Shown one piece after another: positions 8,893 to 17,590 of a stretch of DNA of 61,268 bases (its first letter is position 1; every line of letters begins with the position of its first letter). Below the pieces are notes generated by a model that saw nothing but the letters and a program-made list of their open reading frames with translations, searched no databases and had not been told where the DNA came from. Location of the stretch: contig CAZJKT010000002.1 in assembly GCA_964547015.1 (NCBI GenBank), forward strand, positions 5,841 through 67,108, given 5' to 3'. The stretch is from an uncultured archaeon (GTDB lineage Archaea > Aenigmatarchaeota > Aenigmatarchaeia > QMZS01). The position numbers were made by a program, and so were the translations under genes.

Positions 8893-9483
8893 ATGAGTAT
8901 TCTTGAAAAAAGCGAAATCCGGCTGGAATTTCGGAGAAAGTTCGCCCACATGATTCTCGGGTCGGCAATTATTATTGCCGCATGGGGCCTTGAGCCAATT
9001 CTTGGAAAAATGGTTGCCCTGCCCCTTTTTGCGGCAGTTGTTGCAATCTCAATCCTCCAACAGGAAAGGTTTAGAAGCCACCTGTTTAACAGAATTCTAG
9101 TCACTTTTGAGAGAAAAAAAGACGAAAAAATACTCTACCAGGGGGCCCTTTTTTATGGAATTGGGATAACCCTTCCCCTCCTCTTGCTTGATATACGGGC
9201 GGCAAGCGCAGTAATTGCAATCCTTACCTTTGGGGACGGAGCCTCAACCCTTATCGGAAAAGTTTACGGAAAGCGAAAAATTTGGAAAAATAAGAGCCTT
9301 GAGGGATTCTTTGGATTTTTGCTTCTCGCCATTCCCGCCTCATATATCTTCCTCCAAAGCCTCCCGGCGGCAATCCTCCTCTCCCTTGCGGGGGCGATTA
9401 TTGAGCTTTTTAGCAGTATAGACGACAATTTTGCAATACCCGCGGGCCTCACTATATTATACCTGCTTGCAGGCCTGATTTAG
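8893..9483 (+). CDS. polyprenol (dolichol/phytol) kinase-like CTP-dependent membrane protein
   Basis: RRKFAHM and FGDGASTLIGKVYGKRKI...KSLEGFFGF match the dolichol-kinase/cytidylyltransferase family. The protein is polytopic. Confidence 0.55.
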   Translation: MSILEKSEIRLEFRRKFAHMILGSAIIIAAWGLEPILGKMVALPLFAAVVAISILQQERFRSHLFNRILVTFERKKDEKILYQGALFYGIGITLPLLLLDIRAASAVIAILTFGDGASTLIGKVYGKRKIWKNKSLEGFFGFLLLAIPASYIFLQSLPAAILLSLAGAIIELFSSIDDNFAIPAGLTILYLLAGLI

Positions 9484-9557
9484 ACAAATATATCTTGTAA
9501 TATATCCTTGAATATATATTATATGCTTATTTTAAAGCTTTTCTTTTTTTAAAGTGA

Positions 9558-10079
9558 ATGCCTTATATGGCAGAAAAAGCAAAGGTATCCGAAAAAGAAA
9601 ATCCCATGAGAGCTATTAAGATTGAAAAGCTTGTGATAAATATCGGAATGGGTGGTCCCGGAGAGCGGCTTGAACAGGCAAAAATAATACTTGAGCGGCT
9701 TGCTGAAAAAAAGCCGGTTTACCGAAAGACTTCCAAAAGGTCCACCTTCAATGTCGCAAAAGGCAGAAACATAGGGGTTATTGCCACGCTAAGGGATGAT
9801 GCCGCCGAGAATATGCTAAAAAGGCTTATTTTGGCCAAAGAAGGAAAACTCGCCAAAAAATCATTTTCCGGAAGGACATTTTCATTTGGAATCCCGGAGT
9901 ACCTTGATATCCCGGGAATAGAATATGATCCGAAAATCGGAATCCTCGGAATGGATATATGCGTAACCCTAAAGCGGCCGGGAATCAAAAAAGGCCTAAA
10001 AATCGGAAAAAACCACCAGATAACTTCTGACGAAGCTCGGAAGTTTATCTCAAAGACTTTTGAAGTCGGGCTTATATAG
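9558..10079 (+). CDS. rpl5: ribosomal protein uL5
   Basis: NPMRAIKIEKLVINIGMGGPGERLEQAKIILERL... is typical of archaeal L5. An alternative start (MAEKAK) lies at 9567. Confidence 0.85.
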   Translation: MPYMAEKAKVSEKENPMRAIKIEKLVINIGMGGPGERLEQAKIILERLAEKKPVYRKTSKRSTFNVAKGRNIGVIATLRDDAAENMLKRLILAKEGKLAKKSFSGRTFSFGIPEYLDIPGIEYDPKIGILGMDICVTLKRPGIKKGLKIGKNHQITSDEARKFISKTFEVGLI

Positions 10080-10147
10080 CCTTAAGCAGGCCTAAGCGCA
10101 AAATTATGGCAAAAGCCTAATAACAATAATAAACACAGACATATTTT

Positions 10148-11005
10148 ATGCTTGACTCCTCCATAAGGCGGACTTATATGTTCTATGGCGAAGTTGCCCA
10201 AAAGCTTTCGCCCCACTTCGGCTATCTCAAAGATGACCTGAAAAAAAGCGGCCTTCGCTACACGCCAGAAGAATATTTATCCCTGTCATTCTTTGCGGCA
10301 GTCGTTCTTTTGGTAATAGAAATCCCGATAATCACATTTATATTCTCTTTTTTTACTCATGTGGTATGGGCGCTTCTTTTGTCCATAGCCCTTTCAGCAT
10401 CAATCACATTTACTATCTTTCTTCTCTTCACCACCTATCCTCGCTCCCAGTATGGGGGAATTGCCTCAAATATTGAAAAGGGCCTGCCCTTCTCAGTAAG
10501 CTACATGACTGCAACCGCATCCTCTGATTCGCCCCCTATCGATATTTTTAAGGCTATCTCAAAACTTGACGAATACCCTGAGCTAAAAGAGCAGGCCATG
10601 AATGTAATCCGGGATGTTGAAGGCCTTGGAATGGACCTTAGCAGCGCATTAAGGAGGGAAGCAAAAAGGACCCCATCAAGGCAGTTCAAAGAGCTTCTTA
10701 TGGGGATTGACTCCACCATGCGAAGCGGCGGAGACCTCACCATGTTTTTAAACAACAAATCGGAAAACCTTTTTAATGAATACCAAAGAAGGATTAAGGA
10801 ATACTCCGACCTCCTCTCAATGATTGTTGAAATTTATATCACAATTATAATTGTCGGGTCCATATTTTTTACAATACTCTCAACAGTTATGTCTATGATG
10901 GGAGGCGCCGGAAATATTCTTGTCCTTCAGGTCCTTATTTCATTTGTCATAATGCCCATAGTGTCTTTGGGCCTTGCATATTACATTAATCTTGCCGCGC
11001 CATGA
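10148..11005 (+). CDS. type IV filament platform protein, single T2SS-F domain (TadB/TadC/FlaJ-like)
   Basis: GLPFSVSYMTATASSDSPPIDIFKAIS...LSSALRREAKRTPSRQFKELLMGIDSTMRSGGDLTMFL is a GspF/T2SF-type domain flanked by TM helices. Confidence 0.65.
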   Translation: MLDSSIRRTYMFYGEVAQKLSPHFGYLKDDLKKSGLRYTPEEYLSLSFFAAVVLLVIEIPIITFIFSFFTHVVWALLLSIALSASITFTIFLLFTTYPRSQYGGIASNIEKGLPFSVSYMTATASSDSPPIDIFKAISKLDEYPELKEQAMNVIRDVEGLGMDLSSALRREAKRTPSRQFKELLMGIDSTMRSGGDLTMFLNNKSENLFNEYQRRIKEYSDLLSMIVEIYITIIIVGSIFFTILSTVMSMMGGAGNILVLQVLISFVIMPIVSLGLAYYINLAAP

Positions 11006-11979
11006 AATTCAAAAAGATATTCGGGAGGGAGCTTTCAAAAATGGAAGAGGCTTTTTTGTACTCCGTTGCCCTGACCTGCGCCTTCATTATGATGGGATTT
11101 TTAGCGGCAATAGTCTACAACAATATGAACTTCCTCTACAACTTCCTTTTTATTTCCGTATTTGTATTCATCCTTCCGATATTTTTCGTAAAATATATGG
11201 AATTGCGCGACATTCGCGACTGCGAAAAATATTTTCCGACCTTTCTTGACGACCTGAGAGAGTCAAAAGGCAGCGGAGTGTCCTTTCCTCAGGCAATAAA
11301 AAACTGCCAGGGTGAATATGGCGCCCTAAACAAGCATGTCAAAAAGATACAAAATGACCTTAGCTGGGAGGTAACAATTGACAATTCCCTCAAATATTTC
11401 AGAAAGCAAATGTCCGGGAGCAAACTGCTTTCAAGAAGCCTCTCAATCCTTCTTGAGACTTACAGGTCAGGGGGGAATGTTGAGGGGATTCTCCAAACAT
11501 TGAGGGGGTCTTTGCTCAAAATAATGGAAAGCGAAGACTACAGAAAATCAATGATGCGCCAGCATGTAATGATGATGTATGGCATCTTCATAATGTACAT
11601 CGTGCTTGTTGTGATGCTTGGGCACTTCTTAATACCCATGCTTACAGAAATGTCAAATGCAGGCGCTGAAGGTGACTTTGGGGGAATCCAGATGATGCAA
11701 GTAGCCTCCCCATGCATAGCCTGCGAAGACAGCTTATGCTTTTTTCTTTGCTCAAGCTTTACCCTTATAAGCGGAATGTTTGGGTTTGGAAGCGAGCCTC
11801 TTGAGGTTTATTACAAATCCCTGTTTTTTAGCATGGTTTTGGTTCAGGGGCTTTTTACGGGAATAATCGCCGGGCAGATTGCAAACAAAAGCTGGGTTGA
11901 CGGAATGAAGCACGGCCTCATTATGATGCTGATAGGGTTTGTAGCTATTATGCTTGCAAATGCCGGGGGGCTTTTTTAG
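11002..11979 (+). CDS. type IV filament platform protein, second single T2SS-F domain paralog (TadC/FlaJ-like)
   Basis: FPTFLDDLRESKGSGVSFPQAIKNC...LSRSLSILLETYRSGGNVEGIL plus TM helices. There is a 4-nt ATGA overlap with the preceding gene. Confidence 0.6.
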   Translation: MKFKKIFGRELSKMEEAFLYSVALTCAFIMMGFLAAIVYNNMNFLYNFLFISVFVFILPIFFVKYMELRDIRDCEKYFPTFLDDLRESKGSGVSFPQAIKNCQGEYGALNKHVKKIQNDLSWEVTIDNSLKYFRKQMSGSKLLSRSLSILLETYRSGGNVEGILQTLRGSLLKIMESEDYRKSMMRQHVMMMYGIFIMYIVLVVMLGHFLIPMLTEMSNAGAEGDFGGIQMMQVASPCIACEDSLCFFLCSSFTLISGMFGFGSEPLEVYYKSLFFSMVLVQGLFTGIIAGQIANKSWVDGMKHGLIMMLIGFVAIMLANAGGLF

Positions 11980-11980
11980 T

Positions 11981-12508
11981 ATGCAAAGTAGCAAAAAAAG
12001 CAGGGGACAGATAAATGTGTATTTTCTTATAAGCATCGCGCTTTTTATTTCCCTCTCAATATACCTGATTTATGTTGTCCTAAGCTACTACCCTTCAAAA
12101 AGCGAAACAATCAGGATGAATTCCCTAAACACAAAGGCCTACATTATTTCCGAGCTGATTATCAAAGACGAGGGTTTCCCTGAAAATTGGGATGAAGATA
12201 ACCTAAAGCGTCTGGGCCTTGCATCAAATATGCTTGAGCTCGACAAAAGAAAACTTGAAGAGCTTGAAAAGATATGCAATTCAAAAAGCCTTGAGAAGCT
12301 TGAACGCCTCCGCTCGGCAACCGGCCTGCACAATGAAGACCTTTCAGTTGAAATTCTTTATATGAATTCAACCCGGGACACTGCGCTTGACTGCAAGCCT
12401 TTCGGCGCCCTCGCAGAGTCCCCCTATCTGCAAAGAAGGACCGCTATGATAAAAAGGGTTGCAATGCTTGAAGGTGAATTTGTCGAGGTGAGGGTTTATG
12501 TCAGTTAA
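11981..12508 (+). CDS. prepilin-like protein (class III signal peptide)
   Basis: Starting at the ATG at 11981, the N-terminus is MQSSKKSRG/QINVYFLISIALFISLSIYLIYVV. It lies directly after the platform genes. Confidence 0.5.
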   Translation: MQSSKKSRGQINVYFLISIALFISLSIYLIYVVLSYYPSKSETIRMNSLNTKAYIISELIIKDEGFPENWDEDNLKRLGLASNMLELDKRKLEELEKICNSKSLEKLERLRSATGLHNEDLSVEILYMNSTRDTALDCKPFGALAESPYLQRRTAMIKRVAMLEGEFVEVRVYVS

Positions 12509-13796
12509 GGCATACTTATCCAAAAAGGGGTTTATCAGGGTATTTGAAATAGTCATTTTCTCATTCATGCTTTTTGCAATCCTTCTTCCAAAATTTTTCA
12601 CCTATGATGACCCTAATGAATGGGGGGCGGTAAAAGTCCAGCTTATCGCCAAAGACCTTCTCTTCAGCCTTGAGTCGACCCACCTTCTTGAAGATGCGCT
12701 TATAACCGACCCGCTTTCTGACGGCAGTGACTTGTTTATGGAAAGGGAAAAAGATATTGAGCTGTTAAAAAACCTGACGCGCCCCCTGCTCTCTGCAACT
12801 CAGGACTTTGAATATGAAATCAAAAATATAGGGGCGCCTATTATTTCTGTGGGCTGTATCTGCTCATCAGAACAGGAAGAGTGGCTAAAAAGAAATGCGC
12901 TAACCCCCTCCTACCCTACTCTTGAGTTTGCCGTAAAAAGAATAGAGCTTGAAAATCTCTCCGGAATATTTGACACTTTCATAATATTTGGAAATTACGA
13001 CCTTGATATGAGGCGGCCCGCCATTGAGGAGAGGCTAAAGGAAGGGAAGGGATTTATCTTAATAGCCAACTTTAGCGGCGAGCCCGATAACCTGACAAAA
13101 GAGCTTTTTGATATATCTATTAGCGGAGCGGGGAGCGGGGAGCGCGACCTTGGGTTTAATAACCTTTCCAACAATATAAACGCGGGGCTTGCCAAAAGAT
13201 TTTCCTCAAGCCTGATTAGAGTAAGGGCTTTAGGCCCCGGAAACACAGGTGAGCTTCGGATTTATGATGGAACCTATAGAATAGCCCATGACCCTATAAA
13301 TAACTGCTTTAACATTACATCCTGCTCTGATTGCCTTCGCGAGGGCGAATCCTGCTCCCTCCCTTCAGGAGCCGAAATTAAATTGTTTCAAATAGACCCT
13401 CTGGAAGGGAAATGGATGGACCTTTACCTAAGCTCCTCGGGGGCAAACCCCCGGGATTATAATTTTATAGACGAGGTTCCCCTTAATGCAATTGTAACCG
13501 GCTCAACTGTCCTTTCAGATTCTTCAAAAAATTACGCGCTTGCAAACGCAGGGCTTCCAAACTACGGTCTTTCTTATGATACTATGCCCCGGGCTTTTTG
13601 GATATACGATTATGACCGCTCAAGAGACGACTTGAATCTGCTCCTAAAAGCGGCGATTATATGGACATCCGGGGAGCGCTATTTTATGTTTAGAAAAACA
13701 ATTCCTGAGCAAAGGGTTGTTGCAACCCATTTCTACACAGGGCTTAGGGGAAACGACATACCATTTACAATAAAGCTTTATATATGGGGATACTAG
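12498..13796 (+). CDS. large prepilin-like / pilus-associated protein
   Basis: The N-terminus MSVKAYLSKKG/FIRVFEIVIFSFMLFAILL resembles a class III signal. It overlaps the preceding gene by 11 nt. Confidence 0.4.
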   Translation: MSVKAYLSKKGFIRVFEIVIFSFMLFAILLPKFFTYDDPNEWGAVKVQLIAKDLLFSLESTHLLEDALITDPLSDGSDLFMEREKDIELLKNLTRPLLSATQDFEYEIKNIGAPIISVGCICSSEQEEWLKRNALTPSYPTLEFAVKRIELENLSGIFDTFIIFGNYDLDMRRPAIEERLKEGKGFILIANFSGEPDNLTKELFDISISGAGSGERDLGFNNLSNNINAGLAKRFSSSLIRVRALGPGNTGELRIYDGTYRIAHDPINNCFNITSCSDCLREGESCSLPSGAEIKLFQIDPLEGKWMDLYLSSSGANPRDYNFIDEVPLNAIVTGSTVLSDSSKNYALANAGLPNYGLSYDTMPRAFWIYDYDRSRDDLNLLLKAAIIWTSGERYFMFRKTIPEQRVVATHFYTGLRGNDIPFTIKLYIWGY

Positions 13797-13824
13797 CAGA
13801 TTAGTATTTATGCTTTAATTATTT

Positions 13825-14124
13825 ATGACAGAAGAAATGGGGGAAATTCGGGTAAGATATCCAAAAGAAGGAGAATTTCTTGGGGTAGTTGAAGAGAAAA
13901 TGGGCGGAGCCCACTTTAGGGTTTTGTGCACTGACGATAAAATCAGGCTGTGCCGAATACCCGGCGCAAAAAAGAGAAGCCTCTGGATTGACCTCAATAT
14001 GATTGTGCTTGTTAGGCCTTGGGAAGCCCAGCCGGATGATCGGGGCGATATAATCGCAAAATACAGGGACCAGGAGATTAATGAGCTCAAAAAAAGGGGG
14101 CTTTTAGGGAATATTTCGGATTAA
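13825..14124 (+). CDS. eif1a: translation initiation factor aIF-1A
   Basis: The S1-like OB sequence EGEFLGVVEEKMGGAHFRVLCTDDKIRLCRIPGAKKRSLWI...IVLVRPWE matches aIF1A. Confidence 0.85.
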   Translation: MTEEMGEIRVRYPKEGEFLGVVEEKMGGAHFRVLCTDDKIRLCRIPGAKKRSLWIDLNMIVLVRPWEAQPDDRGDIIAKYRDQEINELKKRGLLGNISD

Positions 14125-14171
14125 AGCAACTTTGCTGAAGTGTAGAATAAATTTCTTCTTAACTAAGTTAT

Positions 14172-14431
14172 GCCCTGGTAGTCTAGTTCGGTCTAGGATA
14201 CAGGACTGTCAATCCTGCGACCCGGGTCAGACTTTCTTTCCTTATAGAAAGAAATTCCGGCGCCCCAAAGAAAGAAACAAATTTCGCAGAACAACCGTGT
14301 AAGGCGCAAGCCTCACATCAGGTGTACTTTGGGGTAAGAAGCCTCGTATAGCAAAAAAGCGTGTTTTGGCTGAAGCCTTTTTAGCCAAAATCTCGAAAAG
14401 GCTTCTGGGTATTCAAATCCCGGCCAGGGCG
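14172..14431 (+). tRNA. tRNA-Asp(GTC) interrupted by an insertion of about 185 nt in the T-loop (about position 53/54 or 54/55)
   Basis: Hand fold: acceptor GCCCTGG/CCAGGGC, D-stem GTCT/GGAT, anticodon arm CAGGA-CTGTCAA-TCCTG, variable CGAC, T-stem CCGGG (14222-14226) and CCCGG (14419-14423). The T-loop TTCAAAT is split by 14228-14412. Discriminator G; no encoded CCA. Confidence 0.75.
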
Positions 14432-14651
14432 TATTTTTAAATTCTTCTGACGCGTTCAGGGCAAATCTCGCTGCATTTTTTATAGAAAACCTCCATTTCG
14501 AAATCGCCGGGAATAAACTGCGTCAGGGTCATCTCCCCGAAGAGGTTCATGCTCCTTAAAACTTTGTCCCGGGTCTTAAAAAGCCTATCATCCTGCCCAA
14601 CTTTTTAGACAAGGGCCATTTTCAAATTCCCACTATACTCTCGACTGCAGC

Positions 14652-14927
14652 CTATATTTTTAGTTTTGAGGCCTTCACAAAATTGAAGAGCAAGGTCAGC
14701 CAAATTTGAATATCTGGCACAGAAATCTTTTCTTTGGAGCATGAAGTTCCAAGATGAAGCCCCGGCCTGTGGATTACAGTGTATTTGACCACGCGATCTC
14801 CAAAATTATCTTCATACACCGTGCCATAGACTGTATGCTCTCCAATATTTAACAGGTCTCTTATGGGGCTGTCCAGTTTTCCCAAAGTTATGCTATCTCC
14901 AGATCCTATTTCGTATATTTCCATCAA
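14652..14927 (-). CDS. hypothetical protein (possibly a gene fragment)
   Basis: ORF only, no recognisable motif. It sits in a poorly coding stretch downstream of tRNA-Asp. Confidence 0.25.
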   Translation of the reverse strand: MMEIYEIGSGDSITLGKLDSPIRDLLNIGEHTVYGTVYEDNFGDRVVKYTVIHRPGLHLGTSCSKEKISVPDIQIWLTLLFNFVKASKLKI

Positions 14928-14982
14928 AAGCTTAGGAAATTTAACTTTAAAGCAGACTTGCAGATTGACTTAAAAAATGCTA

Positions 14983-15834
14983 TTATTTCAAATTCGCAGC
15001 CCCAACAGCCGCGCTCTCGTACTTCCCAAAAACTATTTTCGGCTCCCTAAAATAAATCACCTTCCTCATTTCCTCAATCCCGTATTTCACGAGAAGCTTG
15101 TTTTGGGCAAGCCCGCCGCTAATGGAAATCGCCTCCGGATTTATCAGGTTTGCGACGTTTCCGAGGCAAAGCCCCAAATAAAGCCCGAGCCGCCGGCACA
15201 CTAAATCGGCCAATTTGTCGCCCTTTTTGCAAAGCAGATTTAAGTCGTATGCGTCAACTGCTTTTCCGAAAACCTTTTTTGTCTCCCTCATAAGGGCGCG
15301 TGTCGAAAAATATTCTTCAATGCAGCCCCGGTTTCCGCAAGGACATTTCCAACCGTTGGGGTGGATAATTGTATGGGCAAGCTCGCCCGCGTTTCCAAGC
15401 CCGTGATAGATTTTCCCATGAAGGACGATTCCGCAGCCTATTCCCGTGCCAAGGGTTATCCCAACCAGATTCTTTTTCCCAAGGCGCAATGATTCTCCGA
15501 GGGCAAAGCACGCCGCGTCCCCGTCAATTGAAACTTTTTTGAAGCCGCGCTTTTTGAAAAACTTTTTGAAATCAAATCCCTCCATGAATTGCAGGTTCGC
15601 GGCTTTGAGTAAAATCCCGTTTTCTGAGTAGCCCGGAAGCCCAACACCCATAGTTACTGACTTTGTAGGCTTTCCGTCCAGAAGCAAAGTCACTAGTCCA
15701 GACATTGCCTTTGCAAAAACGTCCTGAGAGGGCTCGCCGACAGCAATCTTTTTTTTCTTCAGAACAACTCCCTTATCCATCGCAACGCCAAGGATTTTTG
15801 TGCCACCGACATCCAAGCCAATCTTAAGAGGCAT
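14983..15834 (-). CDS. ROK-family sugar kinase (glucokinase-like)
   Basis: The N-terminal IGLDVGGTKILGV ATPase motif and the CPCGNRGCIEEY zinc motif are characteristic of ROK kinases. Confidence 0.75.
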   Translation of the reverse strand: MPLKIGLDVGGTKILGVAMDKGVVLKKKKIAVGEPSQDVFAKAMSGLVTLLLDGKPTKSVTMGVGLPGYSENGILLKAANLQFMEGFDFKKFFKKRGFKKVSIDGDAACFALGESLRLGKKNLVGITLGTGIGCGIVLHGKIYHGLGNAGELAHTIIHPNGWKCPCGNRGCIEEYFSTRALMRETKKVFGKAVDAYDLNLLCKKGDKLADLVCRRLGLYLGLCLGNVANLINPEAISISGGLAQNKLLVKYGIEEMRKVIYFREPKIVFGKYESAAVGAANLK

Positions 15835-15894
15835 AATTTACTATTCTTTTAAAAAGCCGCTTTTGGCTTTTAAAGGCCGCAACCAACTAAAATA

Positions 15895-16470
15895 ATGAAA
15901 CTAATCGCTCAAGGTGCCGAGGCGAAAGTCTATCTCACAGACGATGGGAAAATATTGAAGGAGAGAATCAAAAAAAGCTACCGAATCGGGGAGCTTGACG
16001 GTTTTCTTCGGAAATCAAGGACTAAAAAAGAAGCAAAAATCCTCTCAGATGTAAAAAGGCTTGGAATTAGGGCTCCCCTAATGCATGGAGATGAAGAATT
16101 TAAGATTGAAATGGAATACATTGAAGGCGAAAAGCTAAAAGACTCGCTCACACCCCAAAACGCCGGCGCCCTTTGCAGAAAAATCGGCGAAGATGTGGCA
16201 AAAATGCACTCAGGCGACATAATCCACGGCGACCTTACAACTTCAAACATTCTTCTCTCAAGTGGCGAAATCGTATTTATAGATTTCGGGCTTTCAGTAG
16301 AAACAAAGTCCCCTGAGCAAAAGGCCGCAGACCTATTGACGCTTTACCAGAACTTCCATTCGGTCCACCCTGATTTGGAATGCTGGGGGCCTTTTCTTGA
16401 GGGATATGGAAAAGAAGCGGCAGTTTTAAGGGTTTTTGAGAAAATGCTGAAAAGGAGGAGATACCTATAA
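15895..16470 (+). CDS. bud32: KEOPS kinase/ATPase Bud32 (PRPK)
   Basis: LIAQGAEAKVY..., HGDLTTSNILL and FIDFGLS, with a size of about 190 aa, fit archaeal Bud32. Confidence 0.75.
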   Translation: MKLIAQGAEAKVYLTDDGKILKERIKKSYRIGELDGFLRKSRTKKEAKILSDVKRLGIRAPLMHGDEEFKIEMEYIEGEKLKDSLTPQNAGALCRKIGEDVAKMHSGDIIHGDLTTSNILLSSGEIVFIDFGLSVETKSPEQKAADLLTLYQNFHSVHPDLECWGPFLEGYGKEAAVLRVFEKMLKRRRYL

Positions 16471-16575
16471 TCTGCCAGAATTGGCGCCGAATTCCGGAAA
16501 AATCCTTAAATAACCTCTCAAAACTATATTCTTGGATTCACCTAATGCTTTTCTTTTTTTAAAATAAGATGTTTT

Positions 16576-16758
16576 ATGACTGAAAAAGCATGCAAGATTT
16601 GCCACAGGCTCACGGAGGAAAAAGAATGCCCCGCCTGCAAGGTAAAGGAATTGACAGAAAACTGGCAGGGGGTAGCAATAGTGTTTAACCCCGAAAAGTC
16701 AGAGATTGCAAAAGAGCTGGGCTTTGGGTCTCCCGGGACTTATGCGGTGAAGGTATAA
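16576..16758 (+). CDS. spt4: transcription elongation factor Spt4 (RpoE'')
   Basis: A 60-aa zinc ribbon, CKICH...CPAC, followed by NWQGVAIVFNPEKSEIAKELG. Confidence 0.8.
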   Translation: MTEKACKICHRLTEEKECPACKVKELTENWQGVAIVFNPEKSEIAKELGFGSPGTYAVKV

Positions 16759-16796
16759 ACACTTATTTTGCCTATCATTAATTGCATTTAATACTT

Positions 16797-17477
16797 ATGG
16801 AACCTGTAATCGCAAGGCTAAAGAGGGGAAAGACTGTATTTGAGATATTAGTCTACCCTAAAGAAGCCCTGGAATTCAAAAAAGGCAAGGCCCTGCTCGA
16901 GGATGCTCTTGTAAGCAACGAAATCTATATTGACCTTCAGGCAGGAAAAAAGGCCCCAGAAGAAGATTTAAGAAGCGCTTTTAGGACGGAAAATAAAAAA
17001 GAAGCCGCAAAAGCCATAATTTCTGAGGGGGAGGTCCAGATACCAAAAAGCCTCAGGGACGAAATTATAGACAAAAAAAAGCGAAAAATTGCCGCAATCA
17101 TCTCAAAAAACGGGGTAAACCCGCAAACAGGTCTTCCCCACCCACCGGAGAGGATTTTAGGAGTAATTGAAAAATGCGGAGCAAATATTGATTTTGGCAA
17201 AAGCGCGGAAGACCAGGTTCAATCAGTTATTGAAAAAATCCGCCTTATTATCCCAATCTCAATCGAGCAGGCGCGTTTTGAGCTCAAAATCCCTGTAAGC
17301 TATAGTAGAATGGCCTACGGCAAAATAAAGGCCCTTGGAAAAATCGTTCAGGAGAGCTGGAACAGCGACGGGAGCTTCTCTTGCATCCTGGAAATCCCCG
17401 CAGGGCAGAAAAATGAGGTCTATGATGTTTTGGGGCGGCTTACAAAGGGAGAGGCCCAGATTTTGGAGAAAAAGTAA
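16797..17477 (+). CDS. sdo1: SBDS/Sdo1 ribosome maturation protein
   Basis: IARLKRGKTVFEILVYPKEALEFKKGK is the SBDS N-terminal FYSH domain. The first ATG is at 16797 (the track start is TTG). Confidence 0.8.
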   Translation: MEPVIARLKRGKTVFEILVYPKEALEFKKGKALLEDALVSNEIYIDLQAGKKAPEEDLRSAFRTENKKEAAKAIISEGEVQIPKSLRDEIIDKKKRKIAAIISKNGVNPQTGLPHPPERILGVIEKCGANIDFGKSAEDQVQSVIEKIRLIIPISIEQARFELKIPVSYSRMAYGKIKALGKIVQESWNSDGSFSCILEIPAGQKNEVYDVLGRLTKGEAQILEKK

Positions 17478-17590
17478 GAAAATCGCGCCCTAACAGGTAA
17501 CCTGGATTTGCCAGAAACATATTTAAAATACAGTCCTGAAGGGAAAAACCCAAAAAATCCAGCCTTAATAAAATTTCGTGTCGGTATTTT

